Assembly: GCA_038207335.1 (NCBI GenBank)
Contig: JBBQZX010000006.1
Span: forward strand, 32,001-96,000
Length of the DNA: 64,000 bases
From: Chthoniobacterales bacterium
Lineage (GTDB): Bacteria; Verrucomicrobiota; Verrucomicrobiia; Chthoniobacterales; Chthoniobacteraceae
Direction: 5' to 3'
In this document: piece after piece, positions 32,401-42,322 of the stretch
Position numbering within the stretch: the stretch's first letter is position 1
How the letters are laid out: every line of letters starts with the position of its first letter
Program-made: the position numbers and the translations under genes
Notes under the pieces: model-generated
Databases searched by the model: none
Told to the model about the DNA's origin: nothing
The model's input: only the letters and a program-made list of their open reading frames with translations

Positions 32401-32534
32401 GGACGACGCTAGCCCCCGACGTGATCGAACCGCTCGCGCCCGACCCCGCCACCGGCGACCCTCGCGTGCGCGTGAAATTCTCGATCCAGCCCGGCGACAC
32501 AAAGAAATTCCTGCGACTGCAACTCACGCCGTAA
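26421..32534 (+). CDS. Large secreted protein: 2 Ig-like repeats, 6 lamin-tail domains, Fn3-associated domain, CotH kinase, Ig domain and Verrucomicrobia-type C-terminal domain
   Basis: Six (I/L/V/F)-(N/T/S)-E...D/T/S-W/F/Y-x-E-(I/L) modules, IRYTLDGS, CotH motifs (YVNLFINGVYWGTY; QDWG...NWY...LPWDQE), DPDGDGITN and terminal KKFLRLQLTP. Confidence 0.9.
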   Translation: MFPKRLPLAIVGLFLALVTAALAAPTVVTINPAPGTVSSLTQIGVTFSEAVAGVDANDLLINNEAAFGLTGSGAGPYTFTFTQPLPGAVNITWDFDHGISGIGTGAFIRNTWSYTLLDTLPPTIAQVKTSVAGQEQLAIAPLPGSVVGVLTSVEVTFSEPVVGVDAGDLKVNGAATATALSGSGAGPYVFTIPQPATGAVTFSWTTGHGITDVSPAANEFAGGSWSLTVNAGGAGALTINEFLAANATSIADENGDQNDWIEIYNPGASAVNLAGWSLTTDPDQPAGWIFPSRTIAAGGYLVVFASAKDRKPASGNLHANFKLNETGGYLALMSPDSPRAVATKFDPYPVQRYDFSYGPQTGGALRYFARPLPVTNSDTRPGTANGTSALTGVTPKPAVSTARGFFKDPFSLLLSCTDSAATIRYTLDGSDVTLTSPTYSAPLAISATTLLRIAAFGANAIPSATVTHSYLFLDKVFDQTSPPYDNPARSDDNSNPQPPSVGGVPLPVAWGTNGAMTFPAVQITNLNNNQVPADYGMDPEIYSDATKYDDTGAVNNATGKTNMERIKQGLRDLPMISVVLKSDDMWGPAGMYSNSTVKGSQFEKACSIEMVLPDGSTAFATTCGIRIHGNSSRNPQNDAKHGFNLNFKGDYGSASLDYQLFPDSPAKKLDDLVLRGDYNSSWLHWDGTTGINGQRIRANRLRDAYCKDTFRAMSGLASHNRYVNLFINGVYWGTYDPTEKESDSFAANYLGGDKSDYDVYEQGLLKAGTTTAYTAMTSIASPIDNTKYELMKQYLDIPEFVDYMLFHFWTGHQDWGDDPSKNWYAVRNRTKNGTFKYLPWDQENLLWDPAVDRTGVPSPPSGLHPKLVTNAQYQLDFADRVHRHLVALDGALQPVASTARFNKWKSVLTNAIAGESARWGDYRRDVHQYSSATYPLYTWNGHWIAECNRLTSTYFPVRTTNVLAQLRARSLYPTLNAVQYANNANGTVLASQRVTAGFLLKMQLTTPTPSGTTSAGTIYFTTDSSDPRVTYTGAVATPANGGTAQIYTAPRTINATTIFKSRALNGAVWSALNEATFTVGSTASAVRITEIMYNPSVANGGTSAEFIELQNTGTTPADLSGWSMAGVDFIFPVGFTLGAGSRIVLANSNAPATFATQYLGVAVAGYFGSSLSNSGERLALLDATGAAVVAVNYSATGGWPARANGQGYSLEIIDSNGNPDDPANWQASAVEKGTPGQENSTPVTAGVEFSEVMAENASVPVAGVVADYVELRNSTGAAISLAGWSLSNDGNPQKFVFPAGTSVAPNGYISVLCDTGSGGALLHAGFTLNGGPAGDKVQLYNASGARVDGVSWGNQIADLTIGKVSGAWVLSTPTPGAANTAAATASATGNLVVNEWLANPNPGSVSWLEIYNKSATAPVALKGLYVQTSAQLFQITTLAFVPANGWLQLFSDELPGVNHVDFTLPASGTTLSLLDSVGASLDSVTFGAQAQGVSQGRNPDGSATIVTFTGSPSPGAANYVSNWTGPVLNEALAINVASALSPGGTHATWLEIYNPTASSFPLGGMKLGVVNDFSSAWTIPAGTSVAAGSYLVIWCDASQPPSTIAGPDLNTGVPLSGTSGGAYLFTSNGQLVNQVEWGFQITDRSIGLDAGTWKLLATPTLGTANSAAGALGAVTNLRINEWMAAPSSGTDWFELYNLATSPVAMDGLYLSDDPSELGRTKFKVPQLSFIAANGWVRWRADSTPELGRNHVNFSLDSNAETIRISNNDAAFTAIDIVTFGLQTTGVSQGRIPDGAANIVFMPGSPTPAAKNVLLPAPTFSAHPAGQTLSQGTNVTFTAAASGSAPLTLQWKFNGADISGATGTTLNVNGVMPANDGNYTLVATNTAGVVSSNVAKLLVTQNFSQWATTQGLTGNNALPGADPDGDGITNIQELFHHLNPNAEAGASDMDALPKVGVEPATGTPQYLTLTYRTNPRATFMLVEHQISATLGSGTWTTLAPDVIEPLAPDPATGDPRVRVKFSIQPGDTKKFLRLQLTP

Positions 32535-32551
32535 CTGGCGGGTCGCGCCAC

Positions 32552-33982
32552 CTACGCGATCAGCTCCTGCACGATATTTCCGTGCACATCGGTGAGGCGG
32601 AAGTCGCGGCCGGCGTAGCGGTAAGTGAGTTTCTCGTGATCGAAGCCGAGAAGCCGCAGAATCGTGGCATGCAGGTCGTGGACGTGGACGGGTTTTTCAA
32701 CTGCTTTGAATCCGAACTCGTCTGTTGCGCCGTGAACGTATCCGCCTTTCGCGCCGCCGCCTGCAAGCCATGTGGTGAAGCCGTAGTGGTTGTGATCGCG
32801 GCCATTGATTTTGCCCGCGTTCGAGCCCGGCGTGGGCATCTCGACGGTCGGCGTGCGCCCGAATTCGCCGCCCCAAATCACGAGTGTTTCGTCGAGCATT
32901 CCGCGCTGCTTGAGGTCTTTCAAAAGCGCGCCGATGCCCTGGTCGCACTCTTTCGCCAGCCGGCGGTGGTTCACCTCGATGTCGTCGTGCGAATCCCACG
33001 GCTGACCTTCGCCGTGCCAGACCTGCACGACACGCACGCCGCGCTCGATGAGTCGCCGCGCGATGAGGAGCTGCCGCGCCTGCGTGCCCGCGCCGTACAT
33101 GTCGCGGATGTGCTGCGGCTCCTTTGAGATATCGAACGCATCCGCGGCATCCATCTGCATCCGATACGCGAGTTCGAAAGACTGCACGCGCGACTCGAGT
33201 TGCGCGTCATTGGCGCGTCGTTGTGCGTGTTCGGCGTTGAGTTGCTGGAGCAAATCTAGCTGCTGCCGTTGCGCCGGCAGCGAGATGTGCGAGTTGCGGA
33301 TGTTCTCGATGAGCTTCTCGACCTCGGTGTGCTTCGTGTCGATGTAGGTGCCCTGGTAAACGCCGGGCAGGAACGCCGACTGCCAATTTTGCGACTCCTG
33401 AATCGGATACCCGCCGGGGCACATCGTGATGAAGCCCGGCATGTTTTGATTCACGCTGCCGAGCCCGTAAGTGAGCCACGAACCCATGCTGGGTCTTATT
33501 TGGCGGGCATCCCCGCAATTCATCAGCAGCAGCGACGGCTCGTGATTTGGCACGTCGGCCTGCATGGAGCGGATGACGCAGATATCGTCGATCGACTCCG
33601 CGGTTTTTGCAAAAAGCTCGCTCACTTCGATTCCGCTCTGCCCGTATTTTTGGAAGGTGAACGGCGATTTGAAAGCCGCGCCGGTTTTGCGCTCGGTCTT
33701 CAAATCTAGCGGCACGGCCTTGCCATGATACGCGGTGAGCTGCGGCTTCGGGTCGAAGGTATCGACGTGCGACGGCCCGCCATTCATGAAGAGGTGAATG
33801 ACGTTTTTGGCTTTCGCCGGAAGCGGCGGGAGCTTCGGCGCGAGGGGATTCAGCGACTCGGCGGCGTGCGAATTTCCAGCGAGAACGCTGCCCATCGCGA
33901 GCGCGCCAAAGCCCATGCCGCACCGCTGGAGAAAGTCGCGGCGGGTCAGGAAAAGGTGTTCGTGATCGAAGACGTGCGGCAT
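32552..33982 (-). CDS. DUF1501 protein (Tat-exported)
   Basis: [44 protein letters not shown]. Confidence 0.95.
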   Translation of the reverse strand: MPHVFDHEHLFLTRRDFLQRCGMGFGALAMGSVLAGNSHAAESLNPLAPKLPPLPAKAKNVIHLFMNGGPSHVDTFDPKPQLTAYHGKAVPLDLKTERKTGAAFKSPFTFQKYGQSGIEVSELFAKTAESIDDICVIRSMQADVPNHEPSLLLMNCGDARQIRPSMGSWLTYGLGSVNQNMPGFITMCPGGYPIQESQNWQSAFLPGVYQGTYIDTKHTEVEKLIENIRNSHISLPAQRQQLDLLQQLNAEHAQRRANDAQLESRVQSFELAYRMQMDAADAFDISKEPQHIRDMYGAGTQARQLLIARRLIERGVRVVQVWHGEGQPWDSHDDIEVNHRRLAKECDQGIGALLKDLKQRGMLDETLVIWGGEFGRTPTVEMPTPGSNAGKINGRDHNHYGFTTWLAGGGAKGGYVHGATDEFGFKAVEKPVHVHDLHATILRLLGFDHEKLTYRYAGRDFRLTDVHGNIVQELIA

Positions 33983-34108
33983 GTGCGTCGGGGATAACCT
34001 AGCACGGCGTGGGAAAATTAGCGGGGCGGAAACGCGGAAAGATTTTCCGAGGAGCGTGCGGGACGGCTCCCCGGTGTGTGGACCGAGCGCACATGGTGCT
34101 CAGGCAGA

Positions 34109-35758
34109 CTACGCGGCTGGCATCGGAAAGGGCCTTGAAGAAGGCAGCGGAGTGTCGCTTTTCTCGACCCGATCGGAGGGATATGCGACGCGGCTGTGCA
34201 TCATGCTTTGCAGCGTGAATTTAAAGCTCTCGGAGATGACCTCGAGTTCGCGCAGCGTGATGTCGCAGTCTTTGAGCTGACCGTCCATGATCCGCTTTTC
34301 GATGAGGCTCGAGATGAGTGCGTCGAGCTTTTGCGGGGTGACGCGCTCAAGGCTGCGCGACGCGCTTTCGATGCAGTCGGCGAGGCTGATGATCCCGCAT
34401 TCCTTTGTTTGCGGGCGCGGGCCACCGTATCGGAAACTTTCCTCGCGCACCTCGGGGATGTCCTCCTCGCGGATGTTCATGATTTTCCCGCCGGCGCGTG
34501 CGTCCTCCTGCTGCTGGATCGCGCGTTTGTAAAAATAGAAGACGAGCGAGGTGCCGTGGTGCTGCTGGATGATGTCGATGATCTGCTGGTTGAGCCCGTG
34601 CTTGAGCGCGAGATCCACGCCTTCCTTCACATGCGCGATGATGACGAGCGCGCTCATGGTCGGCGCGAGTTCGTCGTGCGGATTGCGGTCGTGCCGCATG
34701 TTTTCGGTGAAATACTCGGGTTTCACGAGCTTCCCGATGTCGTGAAAAAGCGAGCCAACACGGGCCATCGTGGCGTTTGCGCCGACGGCCTCGGCGGCGG
34801 CTTCGGCGAGGTTCGCGACGACGAGGCTGTGATGATAGGTGCCGGGCGCCTCGATGGTCATGCGCTTGAGCAGCGGGTGATTCAGGTCGGCGAGCTCGAG
34901 CCATTTGATGTCGGTTGTGACGCCGAAGAGCGTCTCGCAGACCGGGATGATCCCGCCGCCGACGATGAACGCGACGACGATCGGCGTGCCGATCGCGACG
35001 AGACTCTGCCAGCCAATCATCTGCCACGTGTTAGACGACCCGGCGGAGCCGAATGCGAATGGCAGTGGGCCGATCCACACAAACAAAAGCGCGAGCACCC
35101 AAGTCGCGATACCGACGAAAAATCCGGCGCGAATGAGCCGGCTGCGGCGGCGCACCTGCTGCGTGACGAAGACCGCGATGAAGCCAGTGATGAGGCTGAT
35201 GACCAGGAATTTCGCATCCAGCGCGCGGTAGATGATCGCGCCCCACATGCTCACGAAAACGGCGGCGAAGGTTCCGTGATTTTTCCCGAGCAGCACCGAG
35301 AGTGTCAGCGGCGCGAGCGCGAACGGGACGGCGAGTTTCCAGAGCTGCATTCGCTCGGCGGAGCTAAACTCCGTGATGGCGGAAAGACCGGCGCGGCGCA
35401 CCTGCGAGTCGGAGGTGACGAGCACGAGCTTCACTGCGGCGAGATGCAGCAGGAAGACCGCGAACATCAGGAGCAGGCGTGAATTTTGACGCCATGTCGC
35501 GGGATGATTGATCCAGAGCTGCGCGAGCGCGGTGAGGAAAATGAGGAGGCCGATGAGCGCGCGCTCGGCGGGCTGCTTCCACGAGTCGGAGTAAATGATC
35601 GCCCACAGGCCGAGCATGAAGCCGATAAAGATCGCGAGCTTCGCGCCGTCGCCGAACTCGAGCGTCTGGAAGAGTTCGCTCTCGGTGCGGCGGCGGCGGA
35701 GCTTGGAGCAAGCGAAGCCTTTCTTGACGAGGCGCTGGCGGTCGAAAATTCCGAACAT
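34109..35758 (-). CDS. 7TM-HD (HDIG) membrane phosphohydrolase, PgpH-like
   Basis: Multiple TM helices, then EAPGTYHHS, FHDIGK, YFTEN, IIAHVKEG, QHHGT, FRYGGPRPQTKE, LAD..ESASR. Confidence 0.92.
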   Translation of the reverse strand: MFGIFDRQRLVKKGFACSKLRRRRTESELFQTLEFGDGAKLAIFIGFMLGLWAIIYSDSWKQPAERALIGLLIFLTALAQLWINHPATWRQNSRLLLMFAVFLLHLAAVKLVLVTSDSQVRRAGLSAITEFSSAERMQLWKLAVPFALAPLTLSVLLGKNHGTFAAVFVSMWGAIIYRALDAKFLVISLITGFIAVFVTQQVRRRSRLIRAGFFVGIATWVLALLFVWIGPLPFAFGSAGSSNTWQMIGWQSLVAIGTPIVVAFIVGGGIIPVCETLFGVTTDIKWLELADLNHPLLKRMTIEAPGTYHHSLVVANLAEAAAEAVGANATMARVGSLFHDIGKLVKPEYFTENMRHDRNPHDELAPTMSALVIIAHVKEGVDLALKHGLNQQIIDIIQQHHGTSLVFYFYKRAIQQQEDARAGGKIMNIREEDIPEVREESFRYGGPRPQTKECGIISLADCIESASRSLERVTPQKLDALISSLIEKRIMDGQLKDCDITLRELEVISESFKFTLQSMMHSRVAYPSDRVEKSDTPLPSSRPFPMPAA

Positions 35759-35842
35759 AGGCAGCCGGAAACCTCTGCCGCCGGTGCAGTTTTATCAATG
35801 ATTTCCTCGCGGGCCTGTGCCACACATTCGCGTCCTCCCACC

Positions 35843-37339
35843 ATGATTCAAAACATCCTAGTCCTCGGCTCCGGCAGCGCCGGCTTGCTCGCCGCCATTT
35901 CTCTCAAGATCAAAATCCCGCAGCTCGCGGTTCGCATCGTGCGGAGCCCGGAGATCGGGGTGATCGGCGTGGGCGAGGGAACGACTCCGAATTTCCCGCG
36001 CCATCTTTTCGAATATCTCGGGATCAGCCGCCGCGATTTTTACCGCCTAGCGGAGCCGACTTGGAAGCTCGGCATCCGCTTCCTGTGGGGGCCGCGCGAG
36101 AGTTTCGATTACGGTTTTGCGCTTCAGCTCGACTCGCACTGGACGGATTTGCCGAGGCCGAATGGCTACTATTGCGACGACGATTTTCGCGACGCGAATG
36201 TGCCGGCGGCGATGATGTCGCACGGCAAAGTTTTCGCGCAGCAGCCGAATGGCGGCGGGCCGGATGTGCAGCCGTGGCACGCGTTTCACATAGAAAATAA
36301 GAAGTTCGTCGAGGTGCTGGAGCTGGTCGCGAAGAAGGTCGGTGTCGAGATCACGGATGGGAAAGTGAGTGGCAGTGAGCGCGGACCGCATGGGGTCGCG
36401 GCGGTTATTCTCGATGACGGGCGCCGGCTGGAGGCGGACTTTTTCATCGATGCGAGCGGCTTCCGCAGCGAGTTGCTGGGCAAGGCGCTGGAGGAACCGT
36501 TCGTCGCGTTCGACCGCTCGCTTTTCTGCGACCGCGCGGTGGTCGGCGGCTGGGATCGCACGGACGAACCGATCCTCCCCTACACGACCGCGGAGACGAT
36601 GGATGCGGGCTGGTCGTGGCAGATCGAGCATGAGCATCACATCAATCGCGGATACGTCTATTCGTCGCAGCACACGTCGGACGACGAGGCGTGCGCGGAA
36701 TTTCAGCGCAAAAATCCGAAGGTGCCTGCCGACCTGCGCGTCGTGAAATTTCGCTCGGGCCGGCGGCAGCGGTTGTGGGTGGATAATGTCGTCGCGATCG
36801 GGAATTCGGGCGGATTCGTGGAGCCGCTGGAGGCGACATCGCTCATGGTCGTCTGCTCGGAGACGCAGACGCTCATCGACATGCTGCAGCATTGCGCGCT
36901 GACGCCAACGCCGACGATGCGTCAGCTTTTCAACAACGTGACCTCGCGGACGTGGGACGAAATCCGCGACTTTCTCGCGCTGCACTACAAGCTGAACACG
37001 CGGCTCGACACGCCGTTCTGGAAGATGTGCCGCGAGGACACGGACGTGTCGGGCATCAAGCCGCTGCTCGACTTCTATGGCGAAAATGGGCCGACGGGAT
37101 TTGCGCGGCACACTCTGCGGAGCACGGACACGGATTTCGGGATCGAGGGCTATCTCGTGATGCTCGTGGGGAATCAGTATCCTTATAGCGGGCGGCATGT
37201 CGCGCAGCCTGAGGAGGTGGTGAAATGGAACGCGCACCGCGCGCGTTTCGCCGCGGAAGCGAAGAACGGGCTGACGGTGAAGGAAGCCCTCGCTTACGTG
37301 CGGCACCCCGGCTGGCGCTGGCATGGGGAGCCAGCGTGA
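35843..37339 (+). CDS. Flavin-dependent halogenase (tryptophan halogenase family)
   Basis: GSGSAG, IGVGEGT, TWKLGIRF (PrnA K79-equivalent), FIDASGFRS, WSWQI, GFVEPLEAT. Confidence 0.9.
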   Translation: MIQNILVLGSGSAGLLAAISLKIKIPQLAVRIVRSPEIGVIGVGEGTTPNFPRHLFEYLGISRRDFYRLAEPTWKLGIRFLWGPRESFDYGFALQLDSHWTDLPRPNGYYCDDDFRDANVPAAMMSHGKVFAQQPNGGGPDVQPWHAFHIENKKFVEVLELVAKKVGVEITDGKVSGSERGPHGVAAVILDDGRRLEADFFIDASGFRSELLGKALEEPFVAFDRSLFCDRAVVGGWDRTDEPILPYTTAETMDAGWSWQIEHEHHINRGYVYSSQHTSDDEACAEFQRKNPKVPADLRVVKFRSGRRQRLWVDNVVAIGNSGGFVEPLEATSLMVVCSETQTLIDMLQHCALTPTPTMRQLFNNVTSRTWDEIRDFLALHYKLNTRLDTPFWKMCREDTDVSGIKPLLDFYGENGPTGFARHTLRSTDTDFGIEGYLVMLVGNQYPYSGRHVAQPEEVVKWNAHRARFAAEAKNGLTVKEALAYVRHPGWRWHGEPA

Positions 37340-37342
37340 GAC

Positions 37343-38758
37343 TCAAACCCCTTCGGTCGATCCGACGATGCGGAGCTGGACGGTGTCGAGGCGTTCTTCA
37401 CCGACGTAGATGTAGCTGACGATGACGAGGCGGTCGCCGTCGGTGACGAGTTTTCTCTGAACGAGGAAGTCTTGCGCGGCGGCGATGGTGCGGAGTGGGT
37501 TGGCGTCGAAGGGGATGGAGAATGGGACGAGGCCCCAATTTAGCACTGCGCGGCGGCACAGCTCGAAGGTCGGCGCGAAGCAGTAGATGGGAGCGTCGGG
37601 GCGCAGATTCGAGACGAAATCGGGCATGACTCCGCGCCGGGTGAAGATCACAAGCTTTGAGCCGGGCAGGGAATTGGCGAGGACGACCGCGGCCTGGACG
37701 GTTTTCTCGCGGTCGCGCTCGAGGATCGCTTCCTTTGCATAGCCCGCGCCGCCGCTCTGCTCGATGCGGCGCGCGACTCGGTCGAATACGCGGACGCATT
37801 CGGCGGGATATTTTCCCACCGTCGTTTCTCCGCTGAGCATGATCGCGTCGGCCTGCTCGAAGACGGCGTTGGCGACGTCGGTGACTTCGGCGCGCGTCGG
37901 GACAGGGCTGGAGATCATCGACTCGAGCATGTGCGTGGCGACGATGACGGGGCGTCCGAGGATGAGGCACCGCTTCACGATCATGCGCTGGATGATCGGC
38001 AGCTCCTCCATCGCGCACTCGATCCCCAGATCCCCGCGCGCCACCATGATGATATCCGTGCGCTCGATGATCGAGTCGATGTTTTTGACGGCGAGCTGGT
38101 CTTCGATTTTCGCGACGATGCGCGCCGTGCTGCTGTGGGAGTGCAGGACTTTCCGCAGTTCATCGACGTCGCTCGCTTCTCGGCAAAAGCTGAGCGCGAC
38201 GAAATCGACGCCGACCTCGCAGCCGACTGCGACATCGGCGAGGTCTTTCTCGGTGAGCGGAGGGAGGTTGACGCGAACGCCGGGGAGATTGATGTGGCGG
38301 CGCGAGCCCATGACGCCTGCGGTGAGGACTTCGCAACGGATGCGAACGCCGGATTTGGCGAGCACCTTCATGTGGATCATGCCGTTATCGACGAGGACGA
38401 CGTCGCCCACCGAGATGTCATCGACGAGCCCGTCGTAATTCACATCGACGCTGCGCTCTTCCTCACTCTGTGCGCCGCGGACGGTGAACTCGAAGATGTC
38501 GCCGGCCTTCAGGTCGAGCTTGGTGGGCAGGTCCCCGGTGCGGATGGCCGGCCCCTGCGTGTCCATGAGGATGCCGACGATAACGTCGAGCTCTTTGGCG
38601 ATGGCGCGGATGCGGGGGACAATGACGCGGACCCAATCGTGCGTGGCGTGGCTCATGTTGAGCCGGAAGACGTTCGCCCCTGCGGCGATCATCTCGTGCA
38701 GCACCTCGGCCGATTCAGTCGCGGGCCCGAGCGTGCAGATGATTTTCGTTTTGCGCAT
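37343..38758 (-). CDS. pyk: Pyruvate kinase
   Basis: RKTKIICTLGPAT, FRLNMSH, DTQGPAIRTG, MVARGDLGIE, PTRAEVTDVANA, MLSGET. Confidence 0.98.
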   Translation of the reverse strand: MRKTKIICTLGPATESAEVLHEMIAAGANVFRLNMSHATHDWVRVIVPRIRAIAKELDVIVGILMDTQGPAIRTGDLPTKLDLKAGDIFEFTVRGAQSEEERSVDVNYDGLVDDISVGDVVLVDNGMIHMKVLAKSGVRIRCEVLTAGVMGSRRHINLPGVRVNLPPLTEKDLADVAVGCEVGVDFVALSFCREASDVDELRKVLHSHSSTARIVAKIEDQLAVKNIDSIIERTDIIMVARGDLGIECAMEELPIIQRMIVKRCLILGRPVIVATHMLESMISSPVPTRAEVTDVANAVFEQADAIMLSGETTVGKYPAECVRVFDRVARRIEQSGGAGYAKEAILERDREKTVQAAVVLANSLPGSKLVIFTRRGVMPDFVSNLRPDAPIYCFAPTFELCRRAVLNWGLVPFSIPFDANPLRTIAAAQDFLVQRKLVTDGDRLVIVSYIYVGEERLDTVQLRIVGSTEGV

Positions 38759-38851
38759 GGCGAGTTGAAGCAAGCGCGGCACGGGAAGGCAAGCAAACAC
38801 AAGGCTTCCGGGCAATTTGCTTGCCGACCACGGGCTCGACTGATGGCTGCG

Positions 38852-41134
<2,283 letters not shown>

Positions 41135-41390
41135 TTTTAAAAAAAGAGTGCCGCGCCCACATCGGAGCGCGCGTGGTTTTTGGCCGCGCGGAAGAAACTG
41201 CCGCACCGCCCGGATGTCGAGCCCAGGCTCCCCCGACCTAGCACTAAATGCATCGCGACGTCGCTAAGCGGCTTTCCGGCAAAAGCGCGTGGCTGCTCGC
41301 CGCCTGTCGTTGCTCTTGCTTGCGCCTGAGTCGGATGATGCCGCGCAGTTCAGACGGCTGCGCAGAGGCGCAGATGCGATTCGTCTGTCT

Positions 41391-41639
41391 ATGTCCGATC
41401 CACGAAACGTCGCCCACGACAAAAAGGTCCTGCAGGAAAAGAAGCATCACGGAGAAGACCCGGCAGCGGGCGCCGTGGCAGATGTCGTGCAGCCCGGCAA
41501 AAAGCCGGAAATGAAGCACGAGGAGGAGCACCAGGATCCTGCGACTGAGCGCGCGGAGGAGGCGGTGCAGGCGGCTGAGGACGTGAAGGAAGCCGTCGAG
41601 TCCCACGCGGAGAAAACAGACATTCACAAGCGGTCGTGA
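41391..41639 (+). CDS. Small hydrophilic E/K/H-rich hypothetical protein (stress-protein-like)
   Basis: 82 aa, highly charged, occupies an otherwise empty gap. Confidence 0.6.
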   Translation: MSDPRNVAHDKKVLQEKKHHGEDPAAGAVADVVQPGKKPEMKHEEEHQDPATERAEEAVQAAEDVKEAVESHAEKTDIHKRS

Positions 41640-41687
41640 ATTGCTGCGCCGTACGGCTCCGGCGGGGCGACCTGAGATTTTGAAGCC

Positions 41688-42119
41688 ATGACTGCCGCAT
41701 TCGAGCCGCCCGGACGTCTTCCGGTTGCACTGCTGTTGCTTCGCTGCAGTGTGTTTCTCGTGATGGTGATGTGGACGGCGGACAAATTCATCCACTCAGA
41801 CCACGCAGTGAAAGTTTACGAGAAGTACTATTTCCTCTCGGGCATCGGGATCACAACGATGTTCGTCGTCGGCGGGCTCGAGATTCTGCTGTTGCTGGCA
41901 TTTCTTGCCGGCGTTTGGAGGCGCGTGAGCTACGGCCTCGTGACACTCATCCACGCAGTCTCCACGTTCTCTGCATTCAAAATGTATCTCACGCCAGGCG
42001 AGCCGTATCACCTTCTCTTCTTCGCCGCGTGGCCGATGCTCGCGGCCTGCGTCGCGCTCTATCTGCTGCGCGAGCACGACACGCTTTTTACTTTCAACTC
42101 ACCGCCCAGCGTTTCGTGA
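41688..42119 (+). CDS. DoxX-like membrane protein
   Basis: LLLLRCSVFLVMVMWTADKF, 4 TM segments, LLFFAAWPML. Confidence 0.75.
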   Translation: MTAAFEPPGRLPVALLLLRCSVFLVMVMWTADKFIHSDHAVKVYEKYYFLSGIGITTMFVVGGLEILLLLAFLAGVWRRVSYGLVTLIHAVSTFSAFKMYLTPGEPYHLLFFAAWPMLAACVALYLLREHDTLFTFNSPPSVS

Positions 42120-42229
42120 AAAGCACAATCCGCGGGTTTTCCGCGGCTACGTCTGATTTGCTTGAACCTGCCTCTGTCGCGGCGTAGTTGAATGCATCCG
42201 CGGTTTCTTGACCGCGGTTCGAGCAACAT

Positions 42230-42317
42230 GGAGGGGTGGCAGAGTGGTCGATCGCGCCGGTCTTGAAAACCGGAGAGCCGCAAGGTTCCGTGGGTTCGAA
42301 TCCCACCCCCTCCGCCA
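42230..42317 (+). tRNA. tRNA-Ser (anticodon TGA)
   Basis: GGAGGGG/CCCCTCC acceptor stem, CCGGT-CTTGAAA-ACCGG anticodon arm, long variable arm, GGTTCGAATCC, encoded CCA. Confidence 0.98.
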
Positions 42318-42322
42318 GTTTT

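Noticed and set aside
35809..35823. sigma54-like TGGCAC on the minus strand upstream of the HD gene
   Set aside because: GG-to-GC spacing is 9, not the required 10.
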